Source of the DNA: Malacoraja senta
Lineage: Eukaryota
Assembly (NCBI GenBank): GCA_038087875.1
Contig: CM075989.1
Span: 1,488,001 to 1,552,000 of the forward strand
Direction of reading: 5' to 3'
DNA length: 64,000 nt
Shown here: positions 23,031-36,326 of the stretch, piece after piece
How the letters are laid out: each line of letters begins with the position of its first letter
Numbering within the stretch: position 1 is the stretch's first letter
Program-made: the position numbers and the translations under genes
The notes under the pieces: model-generated
Seen by the model: the letters and a program-made list of their open reading frames with translations, nothing else
The model's database searches: none
What the model was told of the DNA's origin: nothing

Positions 23031-25082
23031 TTAGTAGTTGTCCCACCTACCCGCGTTTGATACAAAATCCTCTAAATCTGTCTTATCTATGTACCTGTTT
23101 AAATGTGTCTTAAATATTGTGATAGTTCCTGCCTCAACTACCTCCTCTGGCAACTCGTTCCATACACCAACCACCCTTTGTGTGCAAAAGATACCCCTCA
23201 GATTCTTATTAAATCTTTCCCCCCTCACCTTAAACCTATGACCTTTGATTCTCGATTCTCCTACTATGGGTAAGAGACTCTGTGCGTCCACCCATTCTAT
23301 TCCTTTCATGATTCTAAACACTATAAGATCACCCCTCATCCTTCTGCACTCCAAGGAATAAAGTCCTAGCTTGTTCAACCTCTCCCAATAGCTCAGGCCC
23401 TTGGGTCCTGGCAACATCCTTGTAAATCTTCTCTTGCTTTTCCAGCTGCAGACAATAAGCTTCTTGAACGGACTTGCTCAACCCTAATCCGATCTCAGCA
23501 ACAGAACACTAGGATCTACCTCTTGCACGACCAGAGACTTATTTCCTAATAGTGTATTTTCACATTAATATCTTGCTATTTTTGCACAGTCATTTTCTGT
23601 ACAATCTTGTAAAATTTACATATTATTTATACTAATGTATGTTTTCATGTTTTATGTTACATAGAAAATATAGAAACACAGAACATAGGTGCAGGAGGAG
23701 GCCATTCCGCCCTTCAAGCCAGCACCGCCATTCATTGTGATCATGGCTGATCGTCCCCAATCAATAACCCGTGCCTACTTTCTCCCCATATCCCTTGACT
23801 CCACTAGCCCCTAGAGCTCTATCTAACTCCCTCTTAAATCCATCCAGTGATTTGGCCTCCACTGCCCTCTGTGGCAGGGAATTCCACAAATTCACAACTC
23901 TCTGGGTGAAAAAGTGTTTTCTCACCTCAGTCTTAAATGGCCTGTGTGGGTCTGTGTCTGTATTGTGGAACTTTTCATTATTATTTGTCTTTTTTCCCTA
24001 TAAACCTTTTGTATCCTAGTACCTGTCCAAGAGTATTTTAAATGTTATTATTGCACATGCCTCAACTACCTCCTCTGGCAGCTCATTCCATATACCCACC
24101 ACCCTCCGAGGAAAAAAGTTCCCCTTCAGGTTTATATAAATCTCTCCCCTCTCACCTTAAACCCATGCCCTCTGCTAAATAATTCCCCCACCTTGGGTAA
24201 AAATCTCTGCATTCACCTTATCAATGCTCATCATGATTTTAAAGACCTCTATAAGATCACACCTCAACCTCCTGGGCTCCAAGAAACAACGTTCTAGCTA
24301 CCCCAACCTATAGTTGAAGCCCTCAAAACCTGGCATTCTTCTTGTGAAACTTCTCTGCACTCTTTCTAGCTTCATGACGTGTTTCCATAGGCAGGGTGAC
24401 CAGATCCAAGCACAATACTGAGATCCAATTGTGGCCTCACCAACGTCTTATACAATTATAACAGAATGTATCAACTTCTATACCCTGTTCCCTGATTGAC
24501 GAAGGCCAATATATGAATAGTCTTTTCTTTAACCACCCTATCTACCTGTGATGCTACTTTCAGGAAACTATGTACCTGTCTTCTGGATGCCTTTGCTCAC
24601 AACCGCCACCGCCCCCCCCCCCCCGGCTCCCCCTCCCCCCCCACCCCCACCCAGAGTCCTGCCATTCTCTGAGAAGGTCCTGCCCTAGTTTGACTTTCCA
24701 AAATGCAAAACCTCCCACTTACCTGCATTGAACTCCATTAACCATTCTTTAGCCCATTTGCCCAGCCTATGAAGATCCTGCTGTCAGTTTTGATATCCCT
24801 CTGCACCGTCTTTGATGTCACCTACTTTAGTGCCATCTGCAAACTTATTCATCATGCCTTGTAAATCCTCATCTAAATCAGTGATGTAAATCAGCCCTCG
24901 TCAACCTCTCACTGACCTCTTCAAAAACCCAATCACATTCATGAAACATGATCTCCAATGTCCAAAACCATAATATCCCTAAACACCCCCTTTTTATTAA
25001 AATGCATTGAGATCCTATCCCTCAGAATCTTCTCCAGTAACTTGCCTACCACAGATGTTGGTCTCACGTGTCTATAGTTCCT
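23031..25082 (-). mobile_element. Cluster of old CR1 3' fragments (about 23031-23445, 23660-23943, 24015-25082)
   Basis: LSY.ERL..LGLYSLE.RRMRGDLI..TQRVV..WN.LP motif and (CATAGAAA)n-type tails. Confidence 0.75.
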
Positions 25083-26414
25083 TGTTTGTGCTGAGTGTGG
25101 CCAAGGTCACGGCCAAACTAATTACAAGAACTCAAGTTTGGGATGAAACGGGTGGAGCTTTATAAACCAGTGCATGAAGGCTCTGTGCTTTCTTCTTCTT
25201 AAGCAGTCCTCAAGATTGAGGATGTCCATTTTTCAGTGGGTCTGAGGTGGCGAGTGACAACCCAGATACTTCCACAGATGGGAGGGGGGCATGAGTCTGT
25301 TGCAGCAGAAGGGTAGAGAGTCAGTGAGATGAATGAATGAATGATACTTTATTGTCACGTGGTGAAAAGTGATCATCTTTGTTTTGCCCACCCAAGGTGT
25401 GCAAAGAGATGCCACATGAGGAAGGTTGACACAGGTACAACGTATCTCCTGCTGGGTCCTCCTTTGTTCATAAGGTCAGAAGTGATAGGAACAGAATTAG
25501 GCCATTCGGCCAAGCAAGTCTACACCGACATTCAATCATGGCTGATCTATTTCTCCCGCCTAACCCCATTCTCCTGCCTTCTCCCACATTCACACCCATA
25601 CTAATCAAGAATGTGTCTCTGCCTTAAAAATACCCATTGACGTGGCCTACACAGCCTTCTGTGGTAGAAATTTCTCCTCATCTCCTTCCCAAAGGAACGT
25701 TTTAAACTTCTGAGGCTATGACCTCTATTCCTACACTCTCCCACGAGTGGAATCATCCTCCCCACATCCACTCTATCCAAGCCTTTCATTATTTGGTACA
25801 TTTCAATGAATCCCCCCTCATTCTTCTAAACTCCAGCGAGTACAAGCCCAGTGCCTTCAAATGCTCATCATAACTTAACCCATTCATTCCTATGATCATT
25901 CTTGTTCTCTCCCCTCCCCCCCTCCCCCCATCTCCCTGTTCCCCCTCCCCCTCCCAGCGGTTCCCCTACGCCAGGTCCACCTTTGCCTTGGCAGAGTGCC
26001 CATCCTCTGCACCCGGTGGCCCGCCCTCGACCACCAGCTCCATCCTTGACAATGACTGCCAGCACCCTCAGCGACCCCCTCTGATCCCCCAGTACTGGTC
26101 TACTTTCTCTCTCCCTTTTGGCTTCCTTGCCCTGCAACCAATGCAGAAGATGTGATCCCAGTGTTGGGAATATTGGGTTACATCACAGCTTGGGTTGGCA
26201 ACAACTCTGCCCAAGACCATAAGGTAGTTGTGGATGTAGCCCGGTCCATCACACAGACCAGTCTCCACCCCACTGACCATCTGCCCTTCACCCTGCTTCA
26301 AAAAGCAGCCAAATAAACAAGGATCTTTGTAACCCAGTCATTCCCTCTTCTCACATCTCCCATTGGGCAAGAAATACTAAAACCTAACAGCACGTACCAC
26401 CATATTCAGGAATA

Positions 26415-26725
26415 GGGCAGTACAGTGGCGTAGTGGTAGAGTTGCTGCCTTGCTGCCTTACAGTGCCAGAGACCTGGGTTCGATTCTGATTATGGGTGCT
26501 GTCTGTATGGAGTTTGTACATTCTCCCTTTGACCACGTGTGTTTTCTCCGGGTGCTCCGGTTTCCTCCCACATTCCAAAGACATGCGAGTTTGTAGGTTA
26601 ATTGACTTTTATAAATTGTCCCGAGTGTGTAGGATAGCGTTAGTGTGCGGGGATCGCTGGACGGCATGGACGGTGGGCTGAGGGGCCTATTTACACGCTG
26701 CATCTCTGAACTAATCTAAACTAAA
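26415..26725 (+). mobile_element. HE1-like SINE
   Basis: GGGCAGTACAGTGGCGTAGTGG head, GGTTCGATTC B box, CTAAA tail. Confidence 0.8.
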
Positions 26726-27109
26726 CAGCTTCTTCCTGGTCATCAGCAGATTACTGAATGGTCCTTCCATTAGCTCGATTGCAGTACTGACCTCCCAACC
26801 TGTCTCATTTTGAACCTTGGACATTTATTCTGTAACTTTAACACTATAATTACCTAACACTATCTACCAGGCCCTGTTATTTTTCTCTTTACACTACCTG
26901 TTGTGCTTGTATGTGGCTTGATGGGACTCATGTAGAGTATGATTTGACTGGATAGCAGGTAAACAAAGTATTTTTCACTCTATCGTGGTACAAGTGAGAA
27001 TAATAACCCAAAGGCAATAGCTTGTTGTTGATCCCCAGTGATTGAAGCAACAATCTTTGTCACTGAACAAAATCCTCAGCAGTCTCTATCTCCACAGGTT
27101 TAAATTCCT

Positions 27110-27915
27110 TCAAGACATAAGAAACTATAGATGCTGGAATCTTGAGCAAGCACAAATTACACAGCAGGTCAGACAGCATCTGGGGATGGAAATGAACAGA
27201 CTCGGGACCCTTCTTCAGACTGATGGATTAGGAAAGAGAAAGCTGGAAAAGAGAGGTGGGGTGGGATAAAACCTGGCATGTGATAGGTGGGTACAGGTGA
27301 GGGGAGGAGGGTTTGTTTGGCAGATGGGTGGAGTAAGTCACTTTTACTTTTGGTTGGCACGGTGTCATAGCGGTATAGTTGCTGATTTACAGCGCCAGAA
27401 TACCGGCTTCCATCTTGATTCCACGAGCTGTCTGTATGGAATTTGTATGTTCTCACGTGAACTCATGGGATTTTCTCCGGGTGCTCTGGTTTCCTCCCAC
27501 GTCCCAAAAATGTACAGGCTTATAGGTTGTGTAGGAAAGAACAGCAGATGCTGGTTTAAATCGAAGATAGACACAAAATGCTGGAGTAACTCAGCGGGAC
27601 AGGCAGCATCTCTGGAGAAAAGGGATGGGTGACGTTTCAGGTCGAGATCCCTTCTTCAGACACTTAACACAGTCGACCAGGTTTGAGGTGCATGTGAACA
27701 TCTGTCTCACATGGAAGGCCTGTTGTGGCTAAGGACAGATGTGTGGGTGAAGGTATAGATGCAGGTGTTACATCTCCTGTGGTAGCAGCAGAAAGTAGCT
27801 GTGGATGGGGGTGGGGGGGTGGGAAAGGATGAGTGAAGCAAGGGTTTGGGGAGGGGGTGGTTGCTGCAGAAAGTGGAGAGTGGTGGGGACAAGAATTTGT
27901 TGCTGGTGGTAGATT
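27110..27915 (-). mobile_element. Penelope-like remnants interleaved with a partial HE1 (27355-27527)
   Basis: Terminal units at about 27110-27232 and 27529-27661. 27707..27892 encodes TFCCYHRRCNTC, like the Cys-rich linker before a PLE GIY-YIG domain. Confidence 0.65.
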
Positions 27916-27919
27916 CTTT

Positions 27920-28215
27920 AGGCTTTAGACTTTAGAGTTGCAGCAGGCGAACAACCCGTCGGCCCACCAAGTCAGCACCAACCAGCAATCAGGCTTGTCC
28001 ACTAGCCCTATCCTACACACCAGGAATAATGTACAATTTTTACTGAAGCCTATAAACCTGTATGATTTTGAAATGTGGGAGGAAACCGAATCACCCGGGG
28101 GAAACCCATGCGGTCAAAGGGAGAACGTACAAACTACGTGCAGACAGTCAGGATCAAACCTGGTTTTCTGGCACTGTGAGGCAGCACCATCTCCGCTGCG
28201 CCACCGTGCCGCCCT
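27920..28215 (-). mobile_element. HE1-like SINE
   Basis: Head GGGCGGCACGGTGGCGCAGCGG on the minus strand. Confidence 0.75.
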
Positions 28216-29130
28216 GTTACAAGTGATTCATGTTAACGATGGCGGGAATGTGGGTTTCTTGCATTGCTCAGTTCCTCCCGTCAAGGCGATGTTGTGTGTA
28301 GTAAATGCAGTGTTTCTAATGAAAGGGGGCTGGCGGGATGTTGCATCGCCCTTGCGTCTGAGCCAATGTTGTCACTCCACTGGGAATAGCGGCCCGCCGG
28401 TGGTTTTGTTGTGTTTGTAGCCTGCTGGCTTCAGAGCTTGTCAGAAGTCCTCCTGAAAATATTTCATGAAAATATGCAACGTGTGTTAACAGTAGTCTTG
28501 TAAAAGGAGCACAGCCTGAATAGTATATTCATAGCATGAATAATGGATGGCTGTGGCATCTGGACTATTGTGTGTGTTGTTAATGAGACTGAGAGAGTGT
28601 ATCTACACCTTCCTGCTACCTAGGGAGGCTATTAGAGCTAACTTTGCTCTCAATGTTATTGGTGTTAATGTTAGAGCTTTCTTTGGCTTTAAGATATTAA
28701 TTGACAGATATTTTCAAATACAATACAATTCGCCTGGATATTATACGCGACGTTTTATCAATGTGTGTGGAACATGAAAGATCTCAGTGGGATTTTGATC
28801 CGTTTAAAAAAAGCACAGAAGCAGGGGGCATTTTGACTTCCACCCTCAGAGGAAGAGTTCCACTGGAGATTGCTCTGGCCAGTGGATGACATGTCCTTCT
28901 CAGATACAGCACGAGTCACGTTTCACACGCAGGTTAAACGCCAGAACTTTCCTCCATTGAACTACCATGATGCAAACATTACAATTCATTATTCATGCTG
29001 AAAACACTTGCAAATTTAACCCGAACCGGCGGACAAGCAGTAGGTGGGTTCCCATTAAAATGGCACAGGTTCTGCGTGGCTTCCAGAGGTGAAGGTAGCT
29101 CCTTCACCTCGCTGTCTTCAAATGACACCT

Positions 29131-29984
29131 TTAGTTTTGTTTAGTTTAGTTTAGAGATATAGCGCGGAAAATTCTCCCCGTGGTTGGGGAGCTTGTGTGT
29201 CTCAGTGACCCCTAGAGCTATGCCAGCGGGAGATTCGTCTCCTGATAGGGTCTCCCATGCTGGACAGGTCGAAGGATAGAGGCGAGATGAAGAGCGATCC
29301 ACTGGTCCTCCAGGTTGGAGGTTGAGCACAGGGCTAACAACCCTGTCTCGTAAAACAAATATATTACGGAAACAGCAACTGAAGGAATCAACACTACTGG
29401 GCGTGATGGACTTCCAGGGCTATTGACAGATGCTGGGATGAATGTCAATGGTGAAAGCTGAAGAGAACCAGACAGCATCCCAAGAATAGCCCTGCACTGG
29501 ACACCGGAAGGGAAAAGGAAAAGAGGGAGACCCAAAACCACCTGCCGTCGAACTGTAGAGGAGGAAATGAAAACAATGGACCTGACCTGGGGTAGTGTCC
29601 AGAAGCTAGCCCAGAACAGACAGGAGTGGAGGACCTTCGTTGCTGCCATACATGCCAGGAGGCATAATAGGCAGTAAGTAAGTAGTAAGTAAGTATAGCG
29701 CGTAAACAGGCCCTTCGGCCCAGCGAGTGCACGCCAACCAGCGATCACCCGCACACTAACACTATCCCACACACTAGGGACCATTTACTATTTTTACCAA
29801 AGCCAATTAACCTACAAACCTGTGCATCTTTGGAGTGTGGGAGGAAACCGGAGCACCCAGAGAAAAACCACGTGGTCACAGGGAGAATGTACAAACTCCG
29901 TACAGTCAGCCCCCTTAGTCAGGATTGAACTCGGGTATTTGGAGCTGTGAGGAAGCAGTTCTACCGTTGTGCCACCGTGCTGCC
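29131..29984 (-). mobile_element. HE1-like SINE split by an RTE derivative
   Basis: Tail at 29131-29170; body resumes at 29694. Confidence 0.8.
29171..29693 (+). mobile_element. Bipartite non-autonomous RTE-clade element
   Basis: RTE-like 5' UTR joined to the ORF end (IALHWTPEGKRKRGRPKTT..QNRQEWR) and a (TAAG)n tail; 13-bp TSD TATAGCGCG(G/T)AAA. Confidence 0.85.
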
Positions 29985-30023
29985 TTGTGATACTTGCTCA
30001 CCGTCTGTGAGGTATTAAGTTTA

Positions 30024-32236
30024 CATAGATACATAGATACATAGACAATAGGTGCAGGAGTAGGCCATTCGGCCCTTCAAGCCAGCACTGCCATTCAATG
30101 TAATCATGGCTGATCATCCACAACCAGTACCCCATTCCTGCCTTCTCCCCATATCCCCTAGATTCCGCTAGCCCTAAGAGCTCTCTCTAACTCTCTTTTG
30201 AATGCATCCAGTGAATCGGCCTCCAATGCCTTCTGAGGCAGAGAATTCCACAAATTCACAACTCTCTGGGTGAAAAAGTTTTTCTTCATCTCCTTTCTAA
30301 ATGGCCTACCCCTTATTCTTAAACTGTGACCTCTGGTTCTGGTCTCCCCCAACATCGGGAACATGTTTCCTGAATCTAGCATGTCCAATCCCTTAATAAT
30401 TTTATATGTTTCTATAAGATGCCCTCTCATCCTTCTAAATTACAGTGAATACAAGCCCAGTCACTCCATTCTTTCATCATATGACAGTCCCGCCATCCCG
30501 GGAATTAACCTTGTGAACATACACTGCACTCCCTCAATAGCAAGAATGTCCTTCCTCAAATTAGGAGACTAAAACTGCACACAATACACCAGGGCCCTGC
30601 ACAACTGCAGAAGGACCTCTATGCTCCTATACTCAACTCCTCTCGTTTTGAAGGCCATTAGGTTTCTTCACTGCCTGTTGTACCTGCATGCTTACTTTCA
30701 GTGACTGATGTACACCCAGGTCTCAATGTACTTCCCCTTTACCTAACCTGACACCATTCAGGTAATAAGCTGCCTTCCCGTTCTTGCCACCAAAGTGGAT
30801 AACCTCACATTATACTGCATCTGCCATGCATCTGTCCAAGTCACCCTGCATCCTCATAGCATCCTCTTTACAGTTCACACTGCCACCCAGCAGCTTTGTG
30901 TTATCTACAAATTTGCGAATGTCACTTTTAATCCCTTCATCTAAATCATTAATGTATATTGTAAATAGCTGCGGTCCCAGCACTGAGCCTTGCGGCACCC
31001 CACTAGTCACTGCCTGCCATTCTGAAAGGGACCCGTTAATCCGTACTCTTTGTTTCCTGTCTGCCAACCAATTTTCTATCCATGTCAGCACTGTACCCCC
31101 AATACCATGTGCTCTACTTTTGCCCACTAATCTCCTGCGTGGGACCTTATCAAAGGCTTTCTGTCCAGGTATACTACATACACTGGCTCTCCCTTGTCTA
31201 TTTTACTTGTTACATCCTCAAAAAATCCAGAAGATTTGTCAAGCATGAATTCCCCTTCGTAAATCCATGCTGACTTGGACCGATCCTGTTACTGCTATGC
31301 AAATGTGCCGCACTTACCTTTGATAATCCACTCCAGATTCTTCCCCACCACGGATGTCAGGCTAATTGGTCTATGATTTCCTGTGGTGCAGGCTCGAAGG
31401 GCCAAATGGCCTCCTCCTGCACCTATTTTCTATGTTTCCCTGGTTGCTCTCTCCCTCCTTTCTTGAAAAGTGGGATAATATTAGCTACCCTCCAATCCAC
31501 AGGAACTGATCTAGAATCTACATGGAAAATGATCGCCAATGCGTCCACGATTTCTGGAGACACCTCCTTGAGTACACTGGGATGCAGACCATCAGGCCCT
31601 GGATTTATCAGGCTTCAGTCCCATCAGTCTACCCAACACCACTTCCTGCCTAATGTGAATTTCCTTCAGTTCCTCCGTCATCCTAGGTCCTCTGGCCACT
31701 AGTACATCTGGGAGATTGTTTGTGTCTTCGTTAGTGAAGACAGATCCAAAGTACCTGTTCAATTCGTCTGCCATTTCCTTGTTCCCCATAATAAATTCAC
31801 CTGTTTCTGTCTTTAGGGACCCACATTTGTCATAACTATTCTTTTATCTTCACATACCTAAAGAAGTTTTTCCTTTCCTCCTTTATATTCTTGGCTAGCT
31901 TACTTTCGTCCTTCATCTTTTCTCCCTGTTTTGCCTTTTTAGTTAAAAGTTGCCCAATCCTCTGGCTTCCCGCTCATCTTTGCAATGTTATACGTCTTAT
32001 CTTTTATTTTTATACTGTCCTTGACTTCCCTTGTCAGCCTCAGTCGCCTCTTATTCCCCTTAGAATCTTTCTTCCTCTTTGGAATGAAATAATCCTTCAT
32101 CTTCTGGATTATTCTCAGAAATACCTGCCATTATTCCCGTCATCCCTGCTAGGGTCCCTTTCCAGTCTACATTGGCCAGCTCCTCCCTCATACCTCTATA
32201 GTCCCCTTTGTTCAACGACAATGCTGATACTTCAGA
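30024..32236 (-). mobile_element. 5'-truncated CR1 LINE with a ~55-bp opposite-strand CR1 tail inserted at about 31384-31437
   Basis: VTSGVPQGSVLGP..INDLDEG..KFVDNTK and a (CATAGATA)n tail. Confidence 0.88.
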
Positions 32237-32493
32237 TTTTATATGATTGCATCTGGATTTGGCTGCGTTTAACTTTTTAATGGAGATTTTAAATGAGATT
32301 TGACTGGCATGTTGCAGTGACGCCCTCCAGCCCAGCCCAACATGGTTATTCCTCCATGTTCCTTCACTGAAAACGGAGGCCCCTTGAGCTGTGGACTCAC
32401 ACTCCTGTCCTAGTTGACATTACCCCTCGACAGCCAAGCTGTTCACCCACACTCCCCTGTGTTACACAGTCCGCTACCCCACATCTGGGGGCT

Positions 32494-32693
32494 AATACTA
32501 CTAATAATAGTTATTATTATTATTAGTAGTATTATTATTTGTATTATCATTATTATTAGTATTATTAATAATGTTATTACTATTATTATTATTATTATTA
32601 TTAGTAGTAGTAGTAGTATTAATATTATTAGTATTAGTAGTAGTAGTAGTATTATCATTATTATTCATATTATTATTAGTGTTATTATTAGTG

Positions 32694-32753
<60 letters not shown>
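32494..32753. repeat. Degenerate (ATT/AGT)n microsatellite, continuing at 34644-34655
   Basis: Directly visible. Confidence 0.95.
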
Positions 32754-32754
<1 letters not shown>

Positions 32755-33126
32755 CTATATTACTAAAACTCTGATCTTGACCACTTCCTGTTTTTCTGTT
32801 CCATGATTTTAGAAAAAACGCTGCCACTTACGGCTGTGATTTTTGGCCATCTTACTCAGAGTCCCACTCCGCTGCGCAGGAAAAGAGGATTTTTCCCATC
32901 GATGAAAAATAAAAGAGTTATTAATGTTTAAAACATGTTGAGATTCTCTCAGCTGCCCCTGCTAGTGGGAGGGGGAGGGACTATAAAACCCGGAAGTGTT
33001 GTACCTCAGTCAGTCTCTGCATGATGGAGGAAGCGAGATGGTCATGTCTCTCTGAGCTGTGAATAACACTGAACACATGTCTACTCAACTGTGAGTGCCC
33101 TTAATGTGGTTTGAAAATGAAAATGT

Positions 33127-33324
33127 GGTTGCTTTGAAATGCTGCAGTGCAAATGGCTGTTGGTGGTGGTTGCTCTGAAATGCTGCACTGCAAATGGCTG
33201 ATGGTGGTGGTTGCTTTGAAATGCTGCACTGCAAATGGCTGTTGGTGGTGGTTGCTTTGAAATGCTGCACTGCAAATGGCTGTTTGTGGTGGTTGCTTTG
33301 AAATTCTGCACTGCAAATGGCTGT
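33127..33324. repeat. 41-bp minisatellite, about 5 units
   Basis: GGTTGCTTTGAAATGCTGCACTGCAAATGGCTGTTGGTGGT repeated. Confidence 0.92.
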
Positions 33325-33723
33325 AAGTCTAAACTTGACAACTTCCTGCTTGCACTGTATATTGATTTTAGATAAATTTACAGCTGAAAATTTTGGCCAT
33401 CTTACTCAGTTCCCCCTCTGCTCATCAGTTGCAGAGGATTCTTCGCATCAATGAAAAATAAAAGTGTTATTAGTGTTTAAAAAAATGTTGAGAATCTCTC
33501 TCCTGTCAATCACGCCATGAAGGCCATGCCCCTTCCAGTGGGAGGGGGGAGGGATTATAAGACCCGGAAGTGTGGGTGTGGCTCAGTCTCTGCAAGATGG
33601 GGAGGGAGAAGTCACGACTCTGTCTGAGCTGTGAATCAACTGAACACACTGAATGTCTACTGAACTGTGTGTAGTGCTTATGTGATGTTTTGTGTGTTTT
33701 TATGGTGTTTTTATGGTGGTTTC

Positions 33724-34405
33724 ACCCTGCTTGAAATGGTATGAAACTGCATTTGAATGTGGTGACCTTGCACCCTGCATGAAATGGTATGATACTGCAC
33801 TTGAATTTGGTGGCCTTGCACCCTGCTTGAAATGGTATGAAACTGCACTTCAATTAGGTTGTCTTGCACCCTGCTTGAAGTGGTATGGAACTGCGCTTGA
33901 ATTTGGTGGCCTTGCACCCTGCTTGAAATGGCATGAAACAGCACTAGCATTTGGTGGCCTTGCACCCTGCTTGAAGTGGCATGAAACTGCACTTGAATTT
34001 GCTGGCCTTGCACCCTGCTTGGTGGCATGAAACTGCACTTGAATTTGGTGGCCTTGCACCCTGCTTGAAGTGGCATAAAACTGCACTTGAGTTTGGTGGC
34101 CCTGCACCCTGCTTGAAGTGGTATGAAACTGCACGAATTCGGTGGCCTTGCACCCTGCTTGAAGTGGTAGGAAACTGCCCTTGAATTCGGTGGCCTTGCA
34201 CCCTGCTTGAAGTGGTAGGAAACTACACCTGAATTTGGTGGCCTTGCACCCTGCTTGAAGTGGTATGAAACTGCAATTGAATTTGGTGGCCTTGCACCCT
34301 GCTTGAAGTGGTAAGAAACTGCACTTGAATTTGCTGGCCTTGCATCCTGCTTGAAATGGTAGGAAACTGCATTTGAATTTGGTGGCCTTGCACCTGCTTG
34401 AAATG
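33724..34405. repeat. 48-bp minisatellite, about 14 units
   Basis: CACCCTGCTTGAAGTGGTATGAAACTGCACTTGAATTTGGTGGCCTTG repeated. Confidence 0.95.
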
Positions 34406-34726
34406 GAATTTCAAGGAATAGCCGTGAGTCAACTGCTAGCCCAAGAATCCATTTGGCCCACAATGTCCATACTAGCCCTCTGGAAACTAGTCCCTTCAGC
34501 CCACAATACCAATACTAGCGCTCCAGAAAGCCCCCCCCCCACACTGTTCACCAATATTGGAATTGGTGGAGAGGTGGAATATTGCATTGGGGGGCCAGCC
34601 CTCCCGTGTGATCATGGGACCGAATGGGTCCCACTTAGTCTAGTTATTATTATTATCTTTACACTATTACTAGCGACCTTGCACTATTATTGTCTATTGT
34701 CTATTTATTTGTCTGTATTTTAAATG

Positions 34727-35010
34727 TTTTAGTTTAGTTTGGAAATACAGCATGGAAACAGGCCCTTTGGGCCATCGAGTCCACACCAACCAGCGATCCG
34801 CACACACTAACACTATCCTACAATGTTATCAAGCCAATTAACCAACAAACCTGTACGTCTTTGGAGTGTGGGAGAAAACCGGGGCACCTGGAGAAAACCC
34901 ACGCAGGTCACGGGGCGAACGTACAAACTCCATAGATACAGCACCCGTAGTCAGGATCAAAACTGAGTCTCTGGTGCTGTAAGGCAACAACTCTACCGCT
35001 GCACCACCGT
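34727..35010 (-). mobile_element. HE1-like SINE
   Basis: Family head, core and tail. Confidence 0.75.
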
Positions 35011-35086
35011 TCCACCATTTATATATACTCAACTTTTTTTGGTGGTATATTATGGTGTTTACAGAGTATTATGTTTACATAGATGT

Positions 35087-35397
35087 GGCACGGTGGCACG
35101 GTGGTAGAGTTGCTGCCTTACAATGCTTGCAGTGGCAGAGATCCGAGATCGATCCCGACTACGGGTGCTGTCATACGAAGCTTGTACAATTTCCCCGCGA
35201 CTGCATGGGTTTCCCCGAGATCTCCGGTTTCCTCGCACACTCCAAAGGTACAGGTTTGAAGGTTATTTGACTTGGTGTAAATGTAAAATTGTCCCTTGTG
35301 TGTGTAGGATAGTGTTAAGGTGTGGGGATAGCTGGTCGACGCAGACTCGGTGTGCTGAAGGGCTTGTTTCCACGTTGTATCTCTGAACTAAACTAAA
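35087..35397 (+). mobile_element. HE1-like SINE
   Basis: Family head, core and tail. Confidence 0.75.
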
Positions 35398-35409
35398 ATG
35401 TTAAATGTA

Positions 35410-36252
35410 TGTTTTTAATGTTTCTTTGTTTGTCTGGTGTGGGGGGTGGTGTGGGGGGGTAAGGGGGAAACCGTTTTGGTCGCCTCCTCCAGGGAGAGGC
35501 GACTTTTTCCAGGTCGCCTCCCCCGTGGCCTAACAGCGAGGATCGGTGCGGCCTTTCCCGGAGACGAGCCCGGGGATTCAGCGGCGGGCGCAGCGCGGAC
35601 TAAAGGTGTGGAGCAGACGAGCCCTCGCTGGGGCTCGCCGGAGGGCTCGTCTGCAGGGATCCCAGGCTGGCGGAAGCCGCGGTCTGCGGAGCTCCAGCTG
35701 GCGTGGCGTCCGCAGCCTGGGATCCCTCGCTGGGGACCCGGTAGAGGAAGAAGCTTCCACTCCGACTGACGGCCCGCGGCCAACTTTTACTGCGGGCGCG
35801 GCGTGGACTTATCATCGGGAGAGGGATCCCTCGCTGGAGATCCCTGGAGGGGAGCTTCGACTTCGACTGCCGGCCCTGCAGTCTGGGTGCTTCTGGCTGC
35901 GGCGCGAACTTTAAATCACCGGCCGCCGGCCTGCGGCCTACACCAACATGAAGCCATGGTCTCCGGTGGGGGAGGCACCGATTCAGGACTTACCTTAACT
36001 TTCATTCATCTGGATGCCCGCAGCGGCGGCTGCGGAGGGTTGAGGTCCCGACCACGGGGGAAAATGGAGGAGGACTGGCCAAATTTTGTGCCTTTCCACC
36101 ACAATGATGAATGCTGTGGTGGATGTTTGTGTTAAATTTTTATTGTGTTTTTGTGTGTTATTTCTTATTGTACCGCTGCTGGCAAATTAATTTCACTTGC
36201 ACTTTATGAGCAATGTGACGAATAAAATGGTATTGTATTGTATTGTATTGCA
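35410..36252 (+). mobile_element. CpG-rich SINE-like element
   Basis: G run followed by GGGGGAAAC, CpG-rich body, TGCCTTTCCACCACAATG box, GTGACGAATAAA and (GTATT)n tail. Confidence 0.55.
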
Positions 36253-36326
36253 TTGTAAATATCTGTTGTGCTGTTGCAAGTAAGAATTTCATTGTTCCGT
36301 TTCGGGACATATGAATACAATATGTA

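Larger units (their letters stand above)
32754..34643 (+). mobile_element. Complete non-autonomous Helitron (1890 bp)
   Basis: A|TCTATATTAC..; hairpin TGGGACC-GAATG-GGTCCCA (34615-34633); ..CTAG|T. Inserted between A and T without a TSD. Confidence 0.88.

Noticed and set aside
26415..26490. tRNA-like sequence with A and B boxes
   Set aside because: It is the head of an HE1-like SINE and continues into the SINE core; the same applies to the other copies.
32414..32827. Poly-Ile/Asn/Leu ORFs
   Set aside because: Translations of the (ATT)n microsatellite.
33724..34405. CRISPR-like array or repeat protein (CLKWYETALEFGGLAP)n
   Set aside because: Units are contiguous with no unique spacers, there are no cas genes, the context is eukaryotic, and indels break the frame.
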